From a virus (Duplodnaviria > Caudoviricetes), in IMG/VR virus record IMGVR_UViG_3300031853_000002, positions 1 through 64,000 of that record: a stretch of DNA of 64,000 nucleotides; one strand, 5' to 3'. This document shows positions 31,908 to 47,000 of this stretch, one piece after another; the stretch's first letter is position 1; every line of letters begins with the position of its first letter. The translations under genes were made by a program, and so were the position numbers. The notes beneath the pieces were generated by a model. The model did not search any database, was not told the DNA's origin, and was given only the letters and a program-made list of their open reading frames with translations.

Positions 31908-32946
31908 ATTTCTTTATTTCAAAAAACGTAGAACTTTTGATTCTATGGTAGAGTAGTTTCCTGCAGATTTGAGCCCACTTTGTTTTATAGAAGATAGTAA
32001 TGAAATATGGTTCGAGCATCATTTCTTTTAGGCTGGACATGAAAGTCTTAGAGTAGACGAAATGAATGGAACAGTTATAGTTTCATTATCAGATACATCA
32101 TTTACACTTGTTCCAGGTTCTTCTAGTATATAGCTTAGAGCTTAGGATAATACTATTGTTATTTCTAGCAATGCTCTAACTTATATTGATACTGATGATC
32201 AATTAGAATGGAAAGAGAATAAATTATACCATAAAGATTCTGGAATAAAGACAGGTTCTTATGGACCTAAAAGTTCTTCTTCTGGTGTAAATATTATTAA
32301 AATTCCAAAAATTACTTTTAATAAGTATGGACATGCTACTTCTGCTGAAAATATAGATATAACTATTAGAGACTATGTTGAACAAAGAAGTGCTGATGAA
32401 TCTGATACTAATAGACAAATACTTCTAGCAGAACGTAATACTAGTACAAGTGATACAAATATAACTAGAAAGGGAGAAGGTCTTACTTATAACAATCATA
32501 CAAAGTTACTTAAGGCAGGAAGCTTAGAATTATCAGGAAGTCAATCTCAAAGTCTTGTAATAAGACAAGGAGATGTTATAGTAGAAAATGGTATTATTGT
32601 TGGTAAATTGCAGGGAGAAATAACAGGTACTGCTATTCCTAAGATTCACTTATCTTAGGTACCTGAATATGGAGGTGCATCTACAAATCTATATGGACAT
32701 GTGAAATTAGTAGATACAATAGAAGGTACACCTAAACCATCTAGTAATAATTCAGATGTGAATGCTCCTGTTGAAAGTTTAGCAGCTTCTCCATATCTAG
32801 TTTATAATTATGTTTAGGCTAATAAATTTAAAGTAAATGGAATCAATGCTAACCACCAAGCAATAGAAATTTAGGATAGATTAAACTTTACAGATGATTT
32901 CGTTCTATAGAATAACAATATATCTATAGGTTGGACCGAATTATGA
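31897..32946 (+). CDS. Tail fibre-like protein (recoded), 349 aa
   Basis: ASTNLYGHVKL and FNKYGHATSA fibre repeats. Confidence 0.75.
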
Positions 32947-34976
32947 GCAAACTTATATACTCACCTACTTCAGCTCTACTTGAGAGTACTTACGATGGAA
33001 TAAAAAATAGAGATTAGACCGTTAATCCTGTGTATTATTCAGTTGCTTATACAGGAGATGGATACATGTATACACATGGAAAAAAGTTTAGATTATTTAG
33101 TGTTATTAATGATGAGATAGAAGGTTTAGCTTTTTAGATTTAGAATGGAACTGCAATCCTAACTATAGATGGTATATCAATGGGTTCAGGAACCGTTATT
33201 CAAGGTATTACTGGAGATTCTGTAATTACGGCCACTACAAAGGATGGAACTACAAGCATTGGACATACAGAATACCTTAACGAAAGTAAATAGTACGGAA
33301 GTGCAACTTAGGTCCCTATAATTACAGTAAATAAATCTGGACATATTACTGCTATATAGAATAGTGCAACTATAGATATATCAAAAGTTAAAGCAGGGGC
33401 AGTATCTGATTCTGGATCATATTACTTAACAGGAGTTACAGGGAATACTCTTCAAAATCCATTATATAGTTCAAAATTATATTTTGATGAAGATGGTAAT
33501 TTACATGCTAACAATCTTTATATAGGAAATAATGCAATATCTACATTATATGTACCTACCTCTCATACTTCAGTTTATGCAACAGATTCTACGTACGGAC
33601 ATGTAATATTATCTGATACACCAAGCAGTGACCATGATGTAAATGATAATATAGCTGCTACCCCAAAAGCTGTAGTAGAAGGAATAAATACTGCAAATTA
33701 GTATGCACAAGAATTATTTGCTGCATAGGATGCTATGGTATTTCTCGGCACTATAAAGGCTAATGGAGTTATTACTTCACATAATTCTACAGCACTACCT
33801 ACTGTTGTTGACAATACTACCAGTATAGATACACTTACATATAAGGTAGGTTGGACTTTTCGTTTTATTGAAGCTGGTACATTTAATGGAAATGATGTAG
33901 AAATAGGCGATATGATTATAGCTGTAAAATCTAAGGGTTCTCAATTTAATATAAATGATTGGACAATAATTCAAACAAATATAAGCGGAGCTCTTACAGC
34001 TACTTCAAATTTAAATGGACTTTTATACTCAAATAACTCAAGAGTTGTAAATTCTTTAGCTTTAGCTTCTGGAGTACTTAAAAGTGATGGAAGTTCCTTA
34101 TCTTTCGTTAATCCTAATACACTTTATAGAACAATTAAAGTTAATTCTACTTCAATAGGAACGAATGCTCTTAATCTTATAAGTGGAAATGCAATATCTC
34201 TTACAAGAAATAATGGAGATGTTACTATAGCTGTAAGTGCTTCAAGTATTATAGGGGCTTCTTCATCTCTTACGTTAACTTAGGGAGATATTAATTTTAT
34301 ATATAAACCTAATGCTGATGCTTCACTTACTATAGGAGATGCATTAACATTAACAAAAGATTAGAATGATAATTATATTTTAAAACATGCAACGGGTACA
34401 ACAATTAATAATGTGCTTGGTAGCATAACTACTGATAGTTATGGGCATGTAACTAGTGTTACTTAGGTATCTTCTCTTCCAAACCCAAACGCACTCACTA
34501 TTAAAACTAATAGCACTAGTGTCTTATCTTATACAGGTTCTGCTGCTAAAAGTTTAGTATTTAAAAACGGAGGAGATATATCTTTTACAACCTCTACTAG
34601 TGGAAGTGATAATATAATTAGTGCAACAGTAACACATAAATATAGGGAGATTAAGTATGCTGCTAATTCTTCTACAACAGCTTCCTAGTTATTAGCCAAT
34701 AATTCTGCTACTGCTCTTACTTTGATTGGTGGAGAAAATGTTAGTATAACTACAGTTGATTCATCCAATGAGGCTTTGCCTGCAGGAACATTAATGATTA
34801 ACGCACTTGATACTTGGAGGAATATAGAGGCATATAAGTTTCAAACTGCTCTGTCCCGTAGTTCTATAGGTACAGCGATTCTTAAATTTGGTAATGATTT
34901 TATATATAGTGATGATGAAGTTTCTATAATGTGGACTGAAATAGATGAATAGGGTAGAGTGACATATGTAAAATAA
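32943..34976 (+). CDS. Tail fibre-like protein (recoded), 677 aa
   Basis: ATDSTYGHVILSD...AATPKAV, VEIGDMIIA...WTIIQTN. Confidence 0.78.
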
Positions 34977-34977
34977 T

Positions 34978-36357
34978 ATGAGTAAATTTGTAGGAATTAA
35001 AACATATGAAAGATTTAGAAGTTTATGGGAGAACAATGCTATAGATGAGTTCTCCCTAAACTTTATTCTGGATACTGGGCAATTATATACTCATGGTATA
35101 TTTATAAATAGTGCAGTATTTGGAACAGCTGCTAATGGTGCTGTACCGTTATCTATTGCTGGAACTACAAACACTTTAGCACTTTCATCACATACACATT
35201 CTTAGTACTATAATAAGAATGAAGATATAGATATATCCAATCATAAGATAATTTCTGGAGATAAAGATCTTCTCTTTTGTAGTGGAGGAGCATTATATTT
35301 AGGTAATACTACTAATCCAACTTATATATCAGGAAGTAGCTTATATTCAGTAAAAGGATAGAATACATATACTATTTTAGATACTGGAAATTTCTCTATA
35401 AGTAATACATTACCCTCTGGATATACACATAATAATACAGCTTATATAAAGTATGGTGATAGCTCTTTTTAGATAGATTATGTAAAAAGAATAAACACAT
35501 CCCAATCATTTGATTATTTAAACTCATATACATAGGCTGGAACAAACCAACTAAATGGAGTATATTATGGATATATAAACTTTACAGTAGATAATGTTTA
35601 TACTAATCCTGCTTGGGCACAACTTAGAATAAATATTCCAGGAAAGTCTATACAATACCGTACTAGTGCAGATGTTAATAATTGGATTAGTATGACTGAT
35701 AGTACAGCTGTTAAATTGGGAACAGCTGGAGATACTAATATTACTAATGGTTCTGTAATATCCGCTTTATCATATAATGGTATAATATTTCAAGGGGGAA
35801 CAAATTCATTTAAAGTTGGTAATGGTACTAATAGTATCAATATATCAGTAAATCATGGTTTATCTACAAAAAATATAACTATTAATGGAAGTACATATGC
35901 TTTATATACTTCTGCTTCTAGTTTACCTACTATTTTAGCTCCAACAACACTGGGAACTGATGGACAAATATTAGGAACTAATGGAACAACACTTGAATGG
36001 AAAACTCTTGATAAAGATAATTAGTATACAGCTACCTTATCCGAAGTTGATTTAACTACGTCTTGGTCTAATGTGGATAATCTAAACACTAGGCTTATTG
36101 AAAGTGGTTCTTATATTATACAAATTACTTATGCTTCTTGTATATATACTGGAACATTCTCATATGTTTAGGGAGGAACAGTCGATGATGAAATAATACT
36201 TCATTGTTCAGGAACTATAGACTCTGTAGGCGGAACTAACAGAGGAAGATTATATGCTAAAATAGGAACCTCTTCAGAAACTACTTATTTAAAATTGGCA
36301 GTTTCTTAGAGCGAAAGTAATGTTAATTTATCAATTAAATATAGAAAACTAATATGA
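34978..36357 (+). CDS. Tail fibre/adaptor protein (recoded), 459 aa
   Basis: Track ORFs 34978 and 35692 share a frame; C-terminal domain paralogous to 43180..44061. Confidence 0.75.
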
Positions 36358-39300
36358 ACATAAAGGATAGTTATCTACATGGTGGAACTCATGTAGTAAA
36401 AAATATAAATTTTTTAATAGCTGCTTCTGGAACAAATCAAAATAAACTAGTTGCAACTATTACTTGGGCAGAAGAGGGCTCCTCAAATACAGAATTAGCT
36501 ATTCCTATAAGTGGAGCAACATTCGGTTCTTAGACTAAGAATACTGTGTTTGCTGCCCCAAATGGTTCTAATGGAGTTCCTTCATTTAGAACATTAGTTG
36601 CCACAGATATTCCTAATATAAGTGCTAATAAGATTACATCAGATACACTAGGAGCAGATAGATTACCTTTAGCAACAAATAGTGCAAAGGGAGCAGTAAT
36701 TCTTGGAGTAGCAAAGACTTCTGATGCTGATTCAGCTATTACAGGTAAGAAGTATTGGGTTAAAATGAATGCCAATGGAAAGTTATTTATAGATGTTCCT
36801 TGGACTGACCATACTTATACAGTTAATAATGCTACTTTTTCTATAAAGAGTAAGATAGGAACTAATGATGCTGTGACTTTATCAGATTTTACAGCTAACC
36901 AGAGTGCTGCAGATGACTTCACACTTATATAGGGATCTAATATCACTTTTACTAATGATGCTACTAATAGAACTCTTACAATAGCAGGAACTCCTAATAC
37001 TACTTATAAGTTAACTCTTAATGGTACAGTAAAAGGTACTACTGGAGGCACAGATTTAGGTACTTTCTATGCTATAGCAACTTCAGATACATCAACTGCT
37101 AACCAAGTATGGATGCGAAACTCTTCAAACGATGGTTATGGTTGGAGAACTTTAGGAAGTAGAGCTTTTGATAGCACATCTTATATACCATTAGCCGGAA
37201 GTAGTAAAACTTCTCCTATAACTGGCACTTTATATATAAAAGATGCAGATGGTATTTATATAAACAGCAATAATCTAGATAAAAACATTTGGCACATTGT
37301 GGGTAATGCAGGTTCTTGGGATAGTTAGTATGGATTCAATCTACAATATTTAGGAACTGGAGGTGACAATAATAATGATTTAGTATTATGGGCACATGCA
37401 TAGGCAGCTACTCATGTAGAAGTATACAGAGTACACCAAGATGGTTCATTTATATTTAAATCAACTCCAAAGGTAGGTACTACATCAGTTTCATTAGCAG
37501 GGCATAAGCATGCATATACAGACTTAACAGGTAGTTCTACAACTGCTAATCAAGCTATAGTATCTAATGGTACAGCAAACGGATGGACTCTTAAAACTCT
37601 TGGTAGTAGAGCATTTGATTCTACTAACTATGTAAAATTAGATGCTGGAGCAGCTGAACAAACTATTAAAAGTAGTATAGGTTCTCTTGGTATTGGTGTT
37701 ATACAATTATGGAGAGCTAATTCAGGTTATTCAATGATTGGATTTGCTAATGGAACTACCAAAACTAATCTTGGTATGATTGGTTTCTCTTCAGCTAATA
37801 CTCTCATATTTAGAAATACAAGTGGTACTGACTATAACATAGCACATGCTGGTAATATTACAGACAAGGCAGCTACTATAACATCTTCAAGTACTACTTT
37901 AGCTACAATAGCTGGAAAGAATATAACTGCCAAGCTACCAACCAACGCAAAAGATACTGCAGGTATAGTAGCAGGACCAGGAGCAGCAGGTAAAGTTTAT
38001 GTATCTGATTCAAATGGGACTCCTATATGGGATACTTATGACACTACAGTAACTTCAGGATCTTCTCATTTAGTAACTTCTGGAGCCGTTTATACAGCTA
38101 TTGCTAATAATGTTGCAAGCGCAGTACAATATCAAGGAACTATTACTTCTGAAGCTGATATGATTGCTCTTACAGGTGCTGGCCAAGGTGACTTTGCTAG
38201 AGTAACTACTTCATTTACATTTACTGATGCATCTGGAGCTTCAGTTACTGCTCATGTAGGAGACGTAGTTTATTTAACAAATAATACTCCTGGAACTGCA
38301 TCTAACTGGCTTGTAGCACATACTGAAATTGATACAAATACATGGACAGCAGCTTCAACAAGTGCAGCTGGTTATGTGCCTAAACTAGCTACAGGAGGTG
38401 CTAATTTAGCAGCAGCATCTACTGATTATGTATTAGCATTTACAAATGGAGCAACTAGCCCTTCATGGCTTAAACTTCCAGCTAATGCTTATAAGAATGA
38501 TAATACAACTGGAATTAAGTTGAAAACTACAGATGGTGCTCCAGGAACTACAAAGATAACAAATGATACTGTTATATCTGTTGGTTCATCTACAGGATTA
38601 CAGATAAAAGGAGGAACAAATAAGTTCTAGATAGGAAATGGAACTAATTATATAGAAGTAAGTGTAGCTCACGGACTCTCTACTAAGAATATAAGTATTA
38701 ACGGAACCAATTATGCTTTATATACTTCAGCAAGTTCTCTTCCAACTATAAAGGCACCTACTGGATTCGGAACAGCTAATTAGATATTAGCTACTAATGC
38801 AGATGCAACAGGTCTTACTTGGGTAAATAAACCTGCTACTAACGTTACTACATCTCTTTATGTAGGGGCATCTGACGGAACTAGTACAGCTGCTCAAACT
38901 GCAGGTAATGTACATCTAATATTGAAAGAAGGTAGTTCATATACAAGATATAAAATAACAGGTTCAGGAAGAGCTTCTGTTACATCTGATGCTAACGGTA
39001 CAATAACTATAAATAGTGCAGGTTATTCTAATTTTGTAAAATCAGGTAGTACAGCAGCAGCAGGACTTGTTCCTAGTCCAGGTACAACTGCAGGTACAGG
39101 TAAGTTTTTATGTGAAGATGGAACTTGGAAAACTCCATCATATATTGCTGATACAGTACGTCCTATATATACTGGAGGAACATCTAGATTTACAAATTCT
39201 CAAAAAACAGCTATAAACTTTGTAGGTGAAGGTGCTACATCTATTACTTTCTTAGCTGCAGGAAAAGGAGACGGAAAAAGTGGAAATGAAAGTTATGCTA

Positions 39301-39947
39301 ACATCAAAATAAGCTCTAATAATGACTTAGTAAAGTTTTCAGCTATAACATCTAGTACAGAATATTATTTACCTGTAAGAGCTAAGAATACTACTGATAC
39401 TGCTCAATAGTTATATCGTACAAGTATAGTAGTGAAAGATTCTACAATAACTGCTACACTTAGTGGTAATGCAAGTACTGCTACTAATTTAAATAAGGCT
39501 TCAGGTACAAATAGAGGATATTTATACTAGAGTGCAAATACTACTACAGCTTGTACAGGAGTAGGTTCAGTAACTGCAGTTGCAGATATAGGTATTCCTT
39601 ATATAGGATATGCTAGTAATGCAAATACTTATGGTATCTATAAAGACTTATTCTATCTATCTGGAACTATAAAATATATAGGAAATAATGTTCATTCTAC
39701 TAAATTTTCTTGTATAAAAAGCAAAGATTCAGTAACAGATGATTGGAGCGGTTCTTCAACCTCTGGACAACAATCAGGCAGTGGACAACAATCAGGTAGT
39801 GGAACTACATATACAGCAGGAGATGGAATATCTATAAACAATGGTACTATATCTACAACAAGAAAAGAATGGTATGGAACTGAAGCTCAATTCAATTCAT
39901 TATCGAGTTTAGATAATAATACTACATATTATATAATGGCAACATGA
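36354..39947 (+). CDS. Long tail fibre protein (recoded), 1197 aa
   Basis: Four track ORFs in one frame; T/S/G/A-rich; VFAAPNG..G.PSFR, AAGLVPSP...FLCEDGTWKTP motifs. Confidence 0.8.
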
Positions 39948-42900
39948 TTAAGAGAGTTGATGAAAATGGAAATGTTAGGCTTATCACAAATATAAGAAAG
40001 CCACGTAAATGGAGAAGATATGAATATTTATAGAGTGATGGTAATGCATATATAGATACTAAGGTTCTTTATGATTCTACTAAATCATCTTATAAGATAG
40101 AATGTAAGTTTAGTTAGCCTTCTAATGTTGGATCATATGATGCTATATTTGGTGCTTATACTGATGAAAATAGTAAAACTTTAAGAATTATTAGAGGTAA
40201 TAATAATTCCATTATGTGGTCCTATTATAATACTAGAGCAGCAGGAGGAGTATGTGGAAGAATAGAAACTGCTAACTCAAATATAAGAGAAGTAGTACTT
40301 ACTTCTACTACAACTATAGTTACTGAAAATGGAACTACCACAACATATACACATCCAGCTGTAAGTGGTAATGATACAACATCAGTATTTTATTTATTCT
40401 GCCAAGGTACATCAAGTGGAGCAATTAGTTGTAAGAGTAAATCAAGAATCTATTATTTTAAACTATATGATAATGATACTCTGATAAGAGACCTTGTTCC
40501 AGCAGAATACAATGGATAGTATGGAATGTGGGACTTAGTTGAAGATAAATTTTATGGGAATTCAGGTACAGGTTCATTTACAGTAGGACCTGAAATAAAG
40601 AATTATGATGAAATATATGAAGTAAAGAAAGCTTATTCTATTTTGCCTTCTGGAGTTGAATTATATGATTATATAGAAGGTAATGGTACATCTACCTATT
40701 TAGATACTGGAGTAAACCCTCAAGTTAAACCGAGAGTTGTGGCAGATTTAACATTCGTAAATTCTGCTGATAAGGATTATTGGGGTAATTCAGCTATAGC
40801 TGGATCTGCTTATTATGCAGACTTTTATCAATGTTAGTTAAAGTATTATAGATTCGGCAGTACTGTATCAATTGATTGTGGCAATGCAGTGTCTGTTAAT
40901 ACTAGGCATATATATGATGTTTCTGATAATGTTTACCTAGACGGAACCTTAATAAAAACTACTACTAATACTTATACATATAATTCATCTCAGTCTACCA
41001 TTTTAATATTTAAGGCTGCTAGAAGTAATTATTATTCTAACTATAAACTACATGATTTTGAATTATATGATGGTGATACATTAGTAAGACATTTATTACC
41101 TTGTACATACTTAGGAGAACCAGGAATGTGGGATACTGTAGAAAATAAATTCTACAGAAATCAAGGAACTGGACAATTTACTCTTGGAAATAAGATTACT
41201 TTAAAGTAGTATGAGTATTTAGCCACTAATGATGTAAATCAATATATAGCAACTAATGTTTATCTTAATGATGGACATATAGGAGAATATGATATGATTT
41301 TTAAATATGATGCTACAAGTACTAGAAGAATTACTGGAGGAACTAATGGTAAGTGGTCTGCTTATTTTGGGGCACACACAGATAATACCTATGGTATAGT
41401 AACTTCTGGATCTAACTATCCAATAGGAAATATAGATCATCTACGTGAGTACTTTGACTTAGTTAACTATAGAGTTGGTGGATACCTGAATGGTGTTTAG
41501 TATTGGGATAAACCTGCAAGAGCTCTTGATGCTGGATATATGGATATATTTGCATTATAGGCTAAAGCATATGGAGGTGGACAATACTTCTATTCTGGAA
41601 AACTACTAATTGATAATCAAATTGTTCGCGACTTCATCCCAGTTTCATACAACGGAACTCCAGGTTTATGGGATAAAGTAGAATGGAAATTCTATGCAAA
41701 TGCTGGAAGTGGTAGTTTTACTTTAGGACCTGAGAAAGCAAGTGGTATTTATCCTGTTACTGAAGGTTCTGCTTATGGAGTACAATGGACTGAAAATTAG
41801 TCTTCTACTACTTTATTACGCATAGGAAGTTATAATCTACATAGAGAACTACCTATATAGTCTCAATTTAAAGGTTGTGTAGTTAATCCATTTACTAAAC
41901 AAGTAATATATTGGCTAGATGAAAATGATTGGTCAAAGAAAGCGGATGGAACCTCTTCTGTATTAGATGGTACTGATGGATAGGTAATGGTACATATTCC
42001 AAGATTCTGGGGTAAGTCAGGAAAAGCAGGAACAACTTGTTGGGTTAAAATATCACCCAGATATATAGATTCTACTTGGCAAGAAATTCCAGAGATGTTT
42101 GTAGGAGCTTATAGAGCTACTGTAAGTAATAGTAAAGCATATTCCGTTGTTAATACAACTGCAGCTTTTAGAGGAGGAGATAATAGAAGTGCTTATGATA
42201 CTTATCTAAATTCAGACCCATTTAGAAGTGATCTCGGTAAACCTAGAACCAATCTATCAAGAGCTAACATGCGTACTTATTGTAGAAACAATGGTATGGA
42301 AATGCTTAATTATGAGTATTATAAATGGATATTTTATTGGTGTTATGTAATAGAATACGCTAACTTTAATTGTTAGGCAGCATTTAATAGTATGCTTACT
42401 AATGATGGCTTTAGATAGGGAGGACTTGGAAGTGGAGTAACTACATGGTCTAATACAGCTACCTCATGGTCTGGATATAATGCAACTTATCCAATAACTC
42501 CTAATGGTTATTGTAATAGTATTGGTAATGGAACTGGTACAAAAGCCCTTACTATTCCATAGACAGTAAATGGAAGTAATACCATAGCATCAAAAACATT
42601 CTATGTTCCAAGATGGAGAGGCTTTGATAATCCATTTGGAGATACTTGGACTAACCTTGATGGTTGTAACGTACAAGGAGATACAGAAGGTAACCCTAAG
42701 AATATATATACTACAACTGACCCTTCTAAGTATGGAGATAATACTACTGCAATAAGTAATATGACTTTAGCTGGACATATAATCCATAAAGACGGATGTG
42801 TAAAAGAATTTGATCTTGGAAGTACAGGTAATATATTTGCTTCTTCTGTTGGTGGAAGTTCTACTACATATAAGTGCGATTATAATTATACTGGCTCAAA

Positions 42901-43039
42901 AAATACTTCACTTAGATAGCTCTTGGTGGGCGGTGGCGTCGATCGTGGTGGCACGGCTGGCCTTAGTTCTTTGCTTTCTTCCGTTGAGGTTGGTACTGAG
43001 CGTTCGTCTGGCGGTTTCCGACCTATAGTAGTAGTTTAA
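39944..43039 (+). CDS. Receptor-binding protein with three LamG-like repeats and a C-terminal CLec domain (DGR target-like), recoded, 1031 aa
   Basis: Three repeats ending RD/RH..P..Y.G..G.WD.VE.KFY.N.G.G.FT.G; QVMVHIPRFW, YVIEYANFNCQ, WRGFDNPFGDTW, terminal LLVGG......AGL.............GGFR. Confidence 0.82.
42920..43021 (+). other. Probable DGR variable region (VR)
   Basis: Abrupt GC-rich, A-poor 100-nt segment at the 3' end of a CLec gene; no Asn codons; ends GGTTTCCG. Confidence 0.7.
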
Positions 43040-43179
43040 AGATTATAAAGGTAATATAGAATAAGGCTTAGAGATACACTATTTATACAAAAATTAGCCA
43101 TACGTTAGTTTTATTAGATGTAAATAGATTTTAAGATATATTTTTAAAATAAAGTTACCAAAACATATCACAATATACT

Positions 43180-44061
43180 ATGGCAATAAGAAAACAATTA
43201 CAATGGGACGATAGTACAGATATATGGCCTATCACTGATGCCAGTGCTATACATTATACATATAATCCAAGTGATGCTTCTAAAATAACATCTCCAATTT
43301 CAGGAACATCATATGGATTAGATAATTATTTAAATGGATTATTAGATAGAGTATTAACAACAGATGATATAATAGCAGCTGCTACCAATGTAAACAAAGG
43401 TAAAGGTATACTGTATAATAGCGGAGATGGAATTACAGCTGTTGCTTTACCTTCAGCAGGTACAACTAATGCTTTTGTTAAATGTACATATACATCAGCG
43501 GGAGTTCTAAGTTTAACATTTGATCCTAATACTTATTTAGTTTCAACTACTAAGTATGCAGCTTCTTCATCAGTTGGAGGAGCTGCTACTACTGCAGTAG
43601 ATTTAACTGGAGGTGTAAAAGGTAATATACTTTACTAGAATGCAGCTAATGATACAGCTTTTTTAGCTAATGGATCTTCTGGATAGGTACTTAAATGCAA
43701 TGGAAATGCGGCTCCCTCTTGGATGACTATAGAAAATTATACTACAACAACCATTGCTGCAGCTAATTATAGTCTTTCTAATGCAGAATGGAAAGCAGTT
43801 AGTACAGCATTACCAACAAAGACCGGTACATATGCACTTTATATAGATGATTCTACTAATGGTTCTTATGCGGGAATATTTGCAATAGAAGGAGGAGCTA
43901 AAGAAAAGTTGGACGAAATTCCTTTACATTGGGCTACTGCTACAACAACAACTGCAGATAGTGCTCGCATATATGCAGCAGTAAAAGAGGGTAAATTATA
44001 GTTATCTTCTAATACTAGTGGAACATATAATTTAACAATTAAATATAAGAGAATAATATGA
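43180..44061 (+). CDS. Tail fibre/adaptor protein (recoded), 293 aa
   Basis: Track ORFs 43180 and 43723 share a frame; ATGA overlap with the next fibre gene. Confidence 0.75.
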
Positions 44062-47000
44062 ATACAAGTTTAGGCTATTCTAAGAAGACTCTAACCAATA
44101 GCAACGTCCTTCTTTCTGGAGGAGGAGATAAGGCTCTTAGTGAATTTATAGGAAGCCTTAATTGGGATTCTACTAATAAAAAGTTACAATATAAAAGTGC
44201 TTCAAGTACTAATTTTACAGATTTAATTACCTTTGGCAGTAATGCTTTTAATTCTACTTCATATCTTCCTTTAAGTGGAGGAACTTTGTCAGGAGATCTT
44301 ACAATAAAGGCTGGATTAAACTTAAAGACAAAAAGTTCATCATCATTAGAAAATCCAAATTAGGATTTATCTATAAGAGCTTTTGGTTATAAAAGTTCAG
44401 ATGATACTGTAATATCTTGGAAATTTTATTCATGGTAGGGAACAAATGAAAATCCTGCGGGAATTGGATATATGCCTATTGTTTTTGGTGCGGCTCATCC
44501 AAATTATAATGGATTAGTATTTACTGGAACTAATAGTTATTCTGGTACTACTTACAGTAATTATTGGGGTATAAATACAAGTAATCCTCAATACTTATTA
44601 GATGTTAATGGTTCTATTAATGGAACTTCAATCTATCTAAATGGAACTGCTTTGGGTACAGCTTCTACTCACGCTCATGGAGATTATGTTACTGCTATTG
44701 GTACAAATGGAAATACATTAACTTGGAGTAAAGGTGGGACAGCACAAACCGCTATTACTGTTCCTTATGCAACTAATGCTGATAAAGTAGATGGTTATCA
44801 TGCAAATGCAATTGAAAATATATATTATGGTGCCTGGTGTGTTGGAGCAAATTCGGGAACTTATTATGGAAAAGTTGCAGAATTTAAGTAGGTAGGTACT
44901 GGTACAGTAGATGTATCAGCAACTTTCTTAATTTCTAAGTATACATCATCGAATATAGCAGGTTCAGTAAATATACTTAATGTAAAAGCTAGAGGTGATA
45001 ATGTATCAAATGTAACTTGTAAAGCAACATGGGCATTATGTACTGACAGTACAATACCAATAACAATAACTAGTATAAGTAATGATAATACTTATTATAT
45101 AAGAATTTATTTTAAATCTACTGGTTGGGGTCCAACTTATGGATGTAAACTTCTAAATTCACATAAATGGACTACTCCTACTATAACTAGTTGGACTTTA
45201 TATACAGGTTAGAAACTTTCTTCAACTACTATTCAATATTTTACAGATATTCCAGTATCTGAAACAGTAATACCTATATCTGTGTCAAATATAGGAGTCA
45301 TTAATAATGCTACAACTATCGGTAGCGATTTAACTACTATAGCTACTGTTTCTGGAGTTGATATAACTGCAAAGATAGGTTCTTATGCTGCTTCTGATCA
45401 TACTCATTCTGTTAAAATTAATGGTTCTACTAAAACTATAGCTGCGCCTGAAGGAACTGCTGTTGATTTAGGTAGTTATCTTCCACTTGCTGGAGGCACG
45501 ATGGCAGGAAATATTGTACTGGGCACAAACTCCATAATTTTTGGTCAAAGCCCATCAAGCACTTGGAATGTTGGTGCAAACAGTGGAATACAGATACTGA
45601 ATACTGTAGGAGCTTCAGCTACTGGCGCTCCTGGAAGCTATTATAGCGGTTTATCTGTTAGTGGATATTATGGATTCCAATTAGCAGCATATGGTGATGG
45701 CGGTAGTCTGTTATTCAGAAACACGGAAAGAAACGATTTTACTTCTGGATGGGTAACGATTATAGACTCTTCCACAATAGGTTCTCAATCTGTAAACTAT
45801 GCAAATAGTGCAGGTAATGCAGATACCCTTGATGGTTATCATGCATCAAATTTGAAAACTGTTATAAGGAATTCTAAACTCCTAACAGTTGCCTCGAGTG
45901 GAGCAGGATGGTATCGAATACTTGATTGTACCAATTCCAGTATGACCTTCTTAATTACATTTTATGGAGGATATAATCACTGTCCACCTACTCCAGTTAC
46001 TTTCTTGGTATCTCATTCATATAATACTACTACAATATCTCAGATAGGTAAATGTGCTTACACAGGATGGATTACTTCATTAAGAGCAGTTCATCATGAT
46101 ACTTATAAATTCTATATAGATGTTTATTTTGCTGTAAGTGGAGGGAGTAGTGCAGGAAATACAGTTGCATTTGAAGTCACTCCATTAGATGATCGCTACA
46201 CTTCATATACTCTAATTGATTATACAAAACAGTCTACAGGAGACGGTGATGCCAAGTGTAATACTTCAACTAACTTCAATGTAGATTATGCATCTTCAGC
46301 AGGTAATGCAGATACCCTTGATGGTTATCATGCATCAGATATTGCAAGATTCTATCTATCTCCCATGACCAGTGGGGCACCAGCAGATTCTGCTAAGTCC
46401 TGGTTTATTAATACTATGCCATCTGATTCAGGTGCTATAGTATATAATGTTCCAGGATCAGAAAAAACAATTATTGCAGGTAAGTCTTCTAGCTCTTGTG
46501 GACATATGTTACAACTTAATTATGAAGATACTTATCTTAGAATACTTAGATATATGGCTGGAAGTTGGCAGTCAACTGATTGGGAAAAAATAAGTGCTGG
46601 GTATGCAGATTCTGCAGGTTCTGTTTCATGGTCAAATGTGACTGGAGGAGTATGTAATAGTGGTCAATTTTGTTTTAGTAAGACAGATGATCATGCAATT
46701 CAAGTGGGAAATATTAGAGGATATGGATCAAATGGGCAATCTGGCGAATATATACATATATATGAACGTGTACACATAGGCTCTCCGGTAGGATGGGGAA
46801 CTAGACCTGCTCCGTCTTACGGTTTGTCTACCTATGGAGGCTGTTGGTTAGCTACAGATATAGGTAATGTTGGTATTGGCACTACTTCTCCTTCTACAAA
46901 ACTTCACGTTTAGGGAAGAACTTTAATACAATCTGATTTAGGTTATAATATATCAGATTGGGTAAATAAAGCTTAGCATGATGGAGCATTAGAAATAATG

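Noticed and set aside
39764-39803. 18-bp tandem duplication (GGACAACAATCAGG.AGT)
   Set aside because: Two copies encoding a SGQQSG linker; ordinary low-complexity fibre sequence
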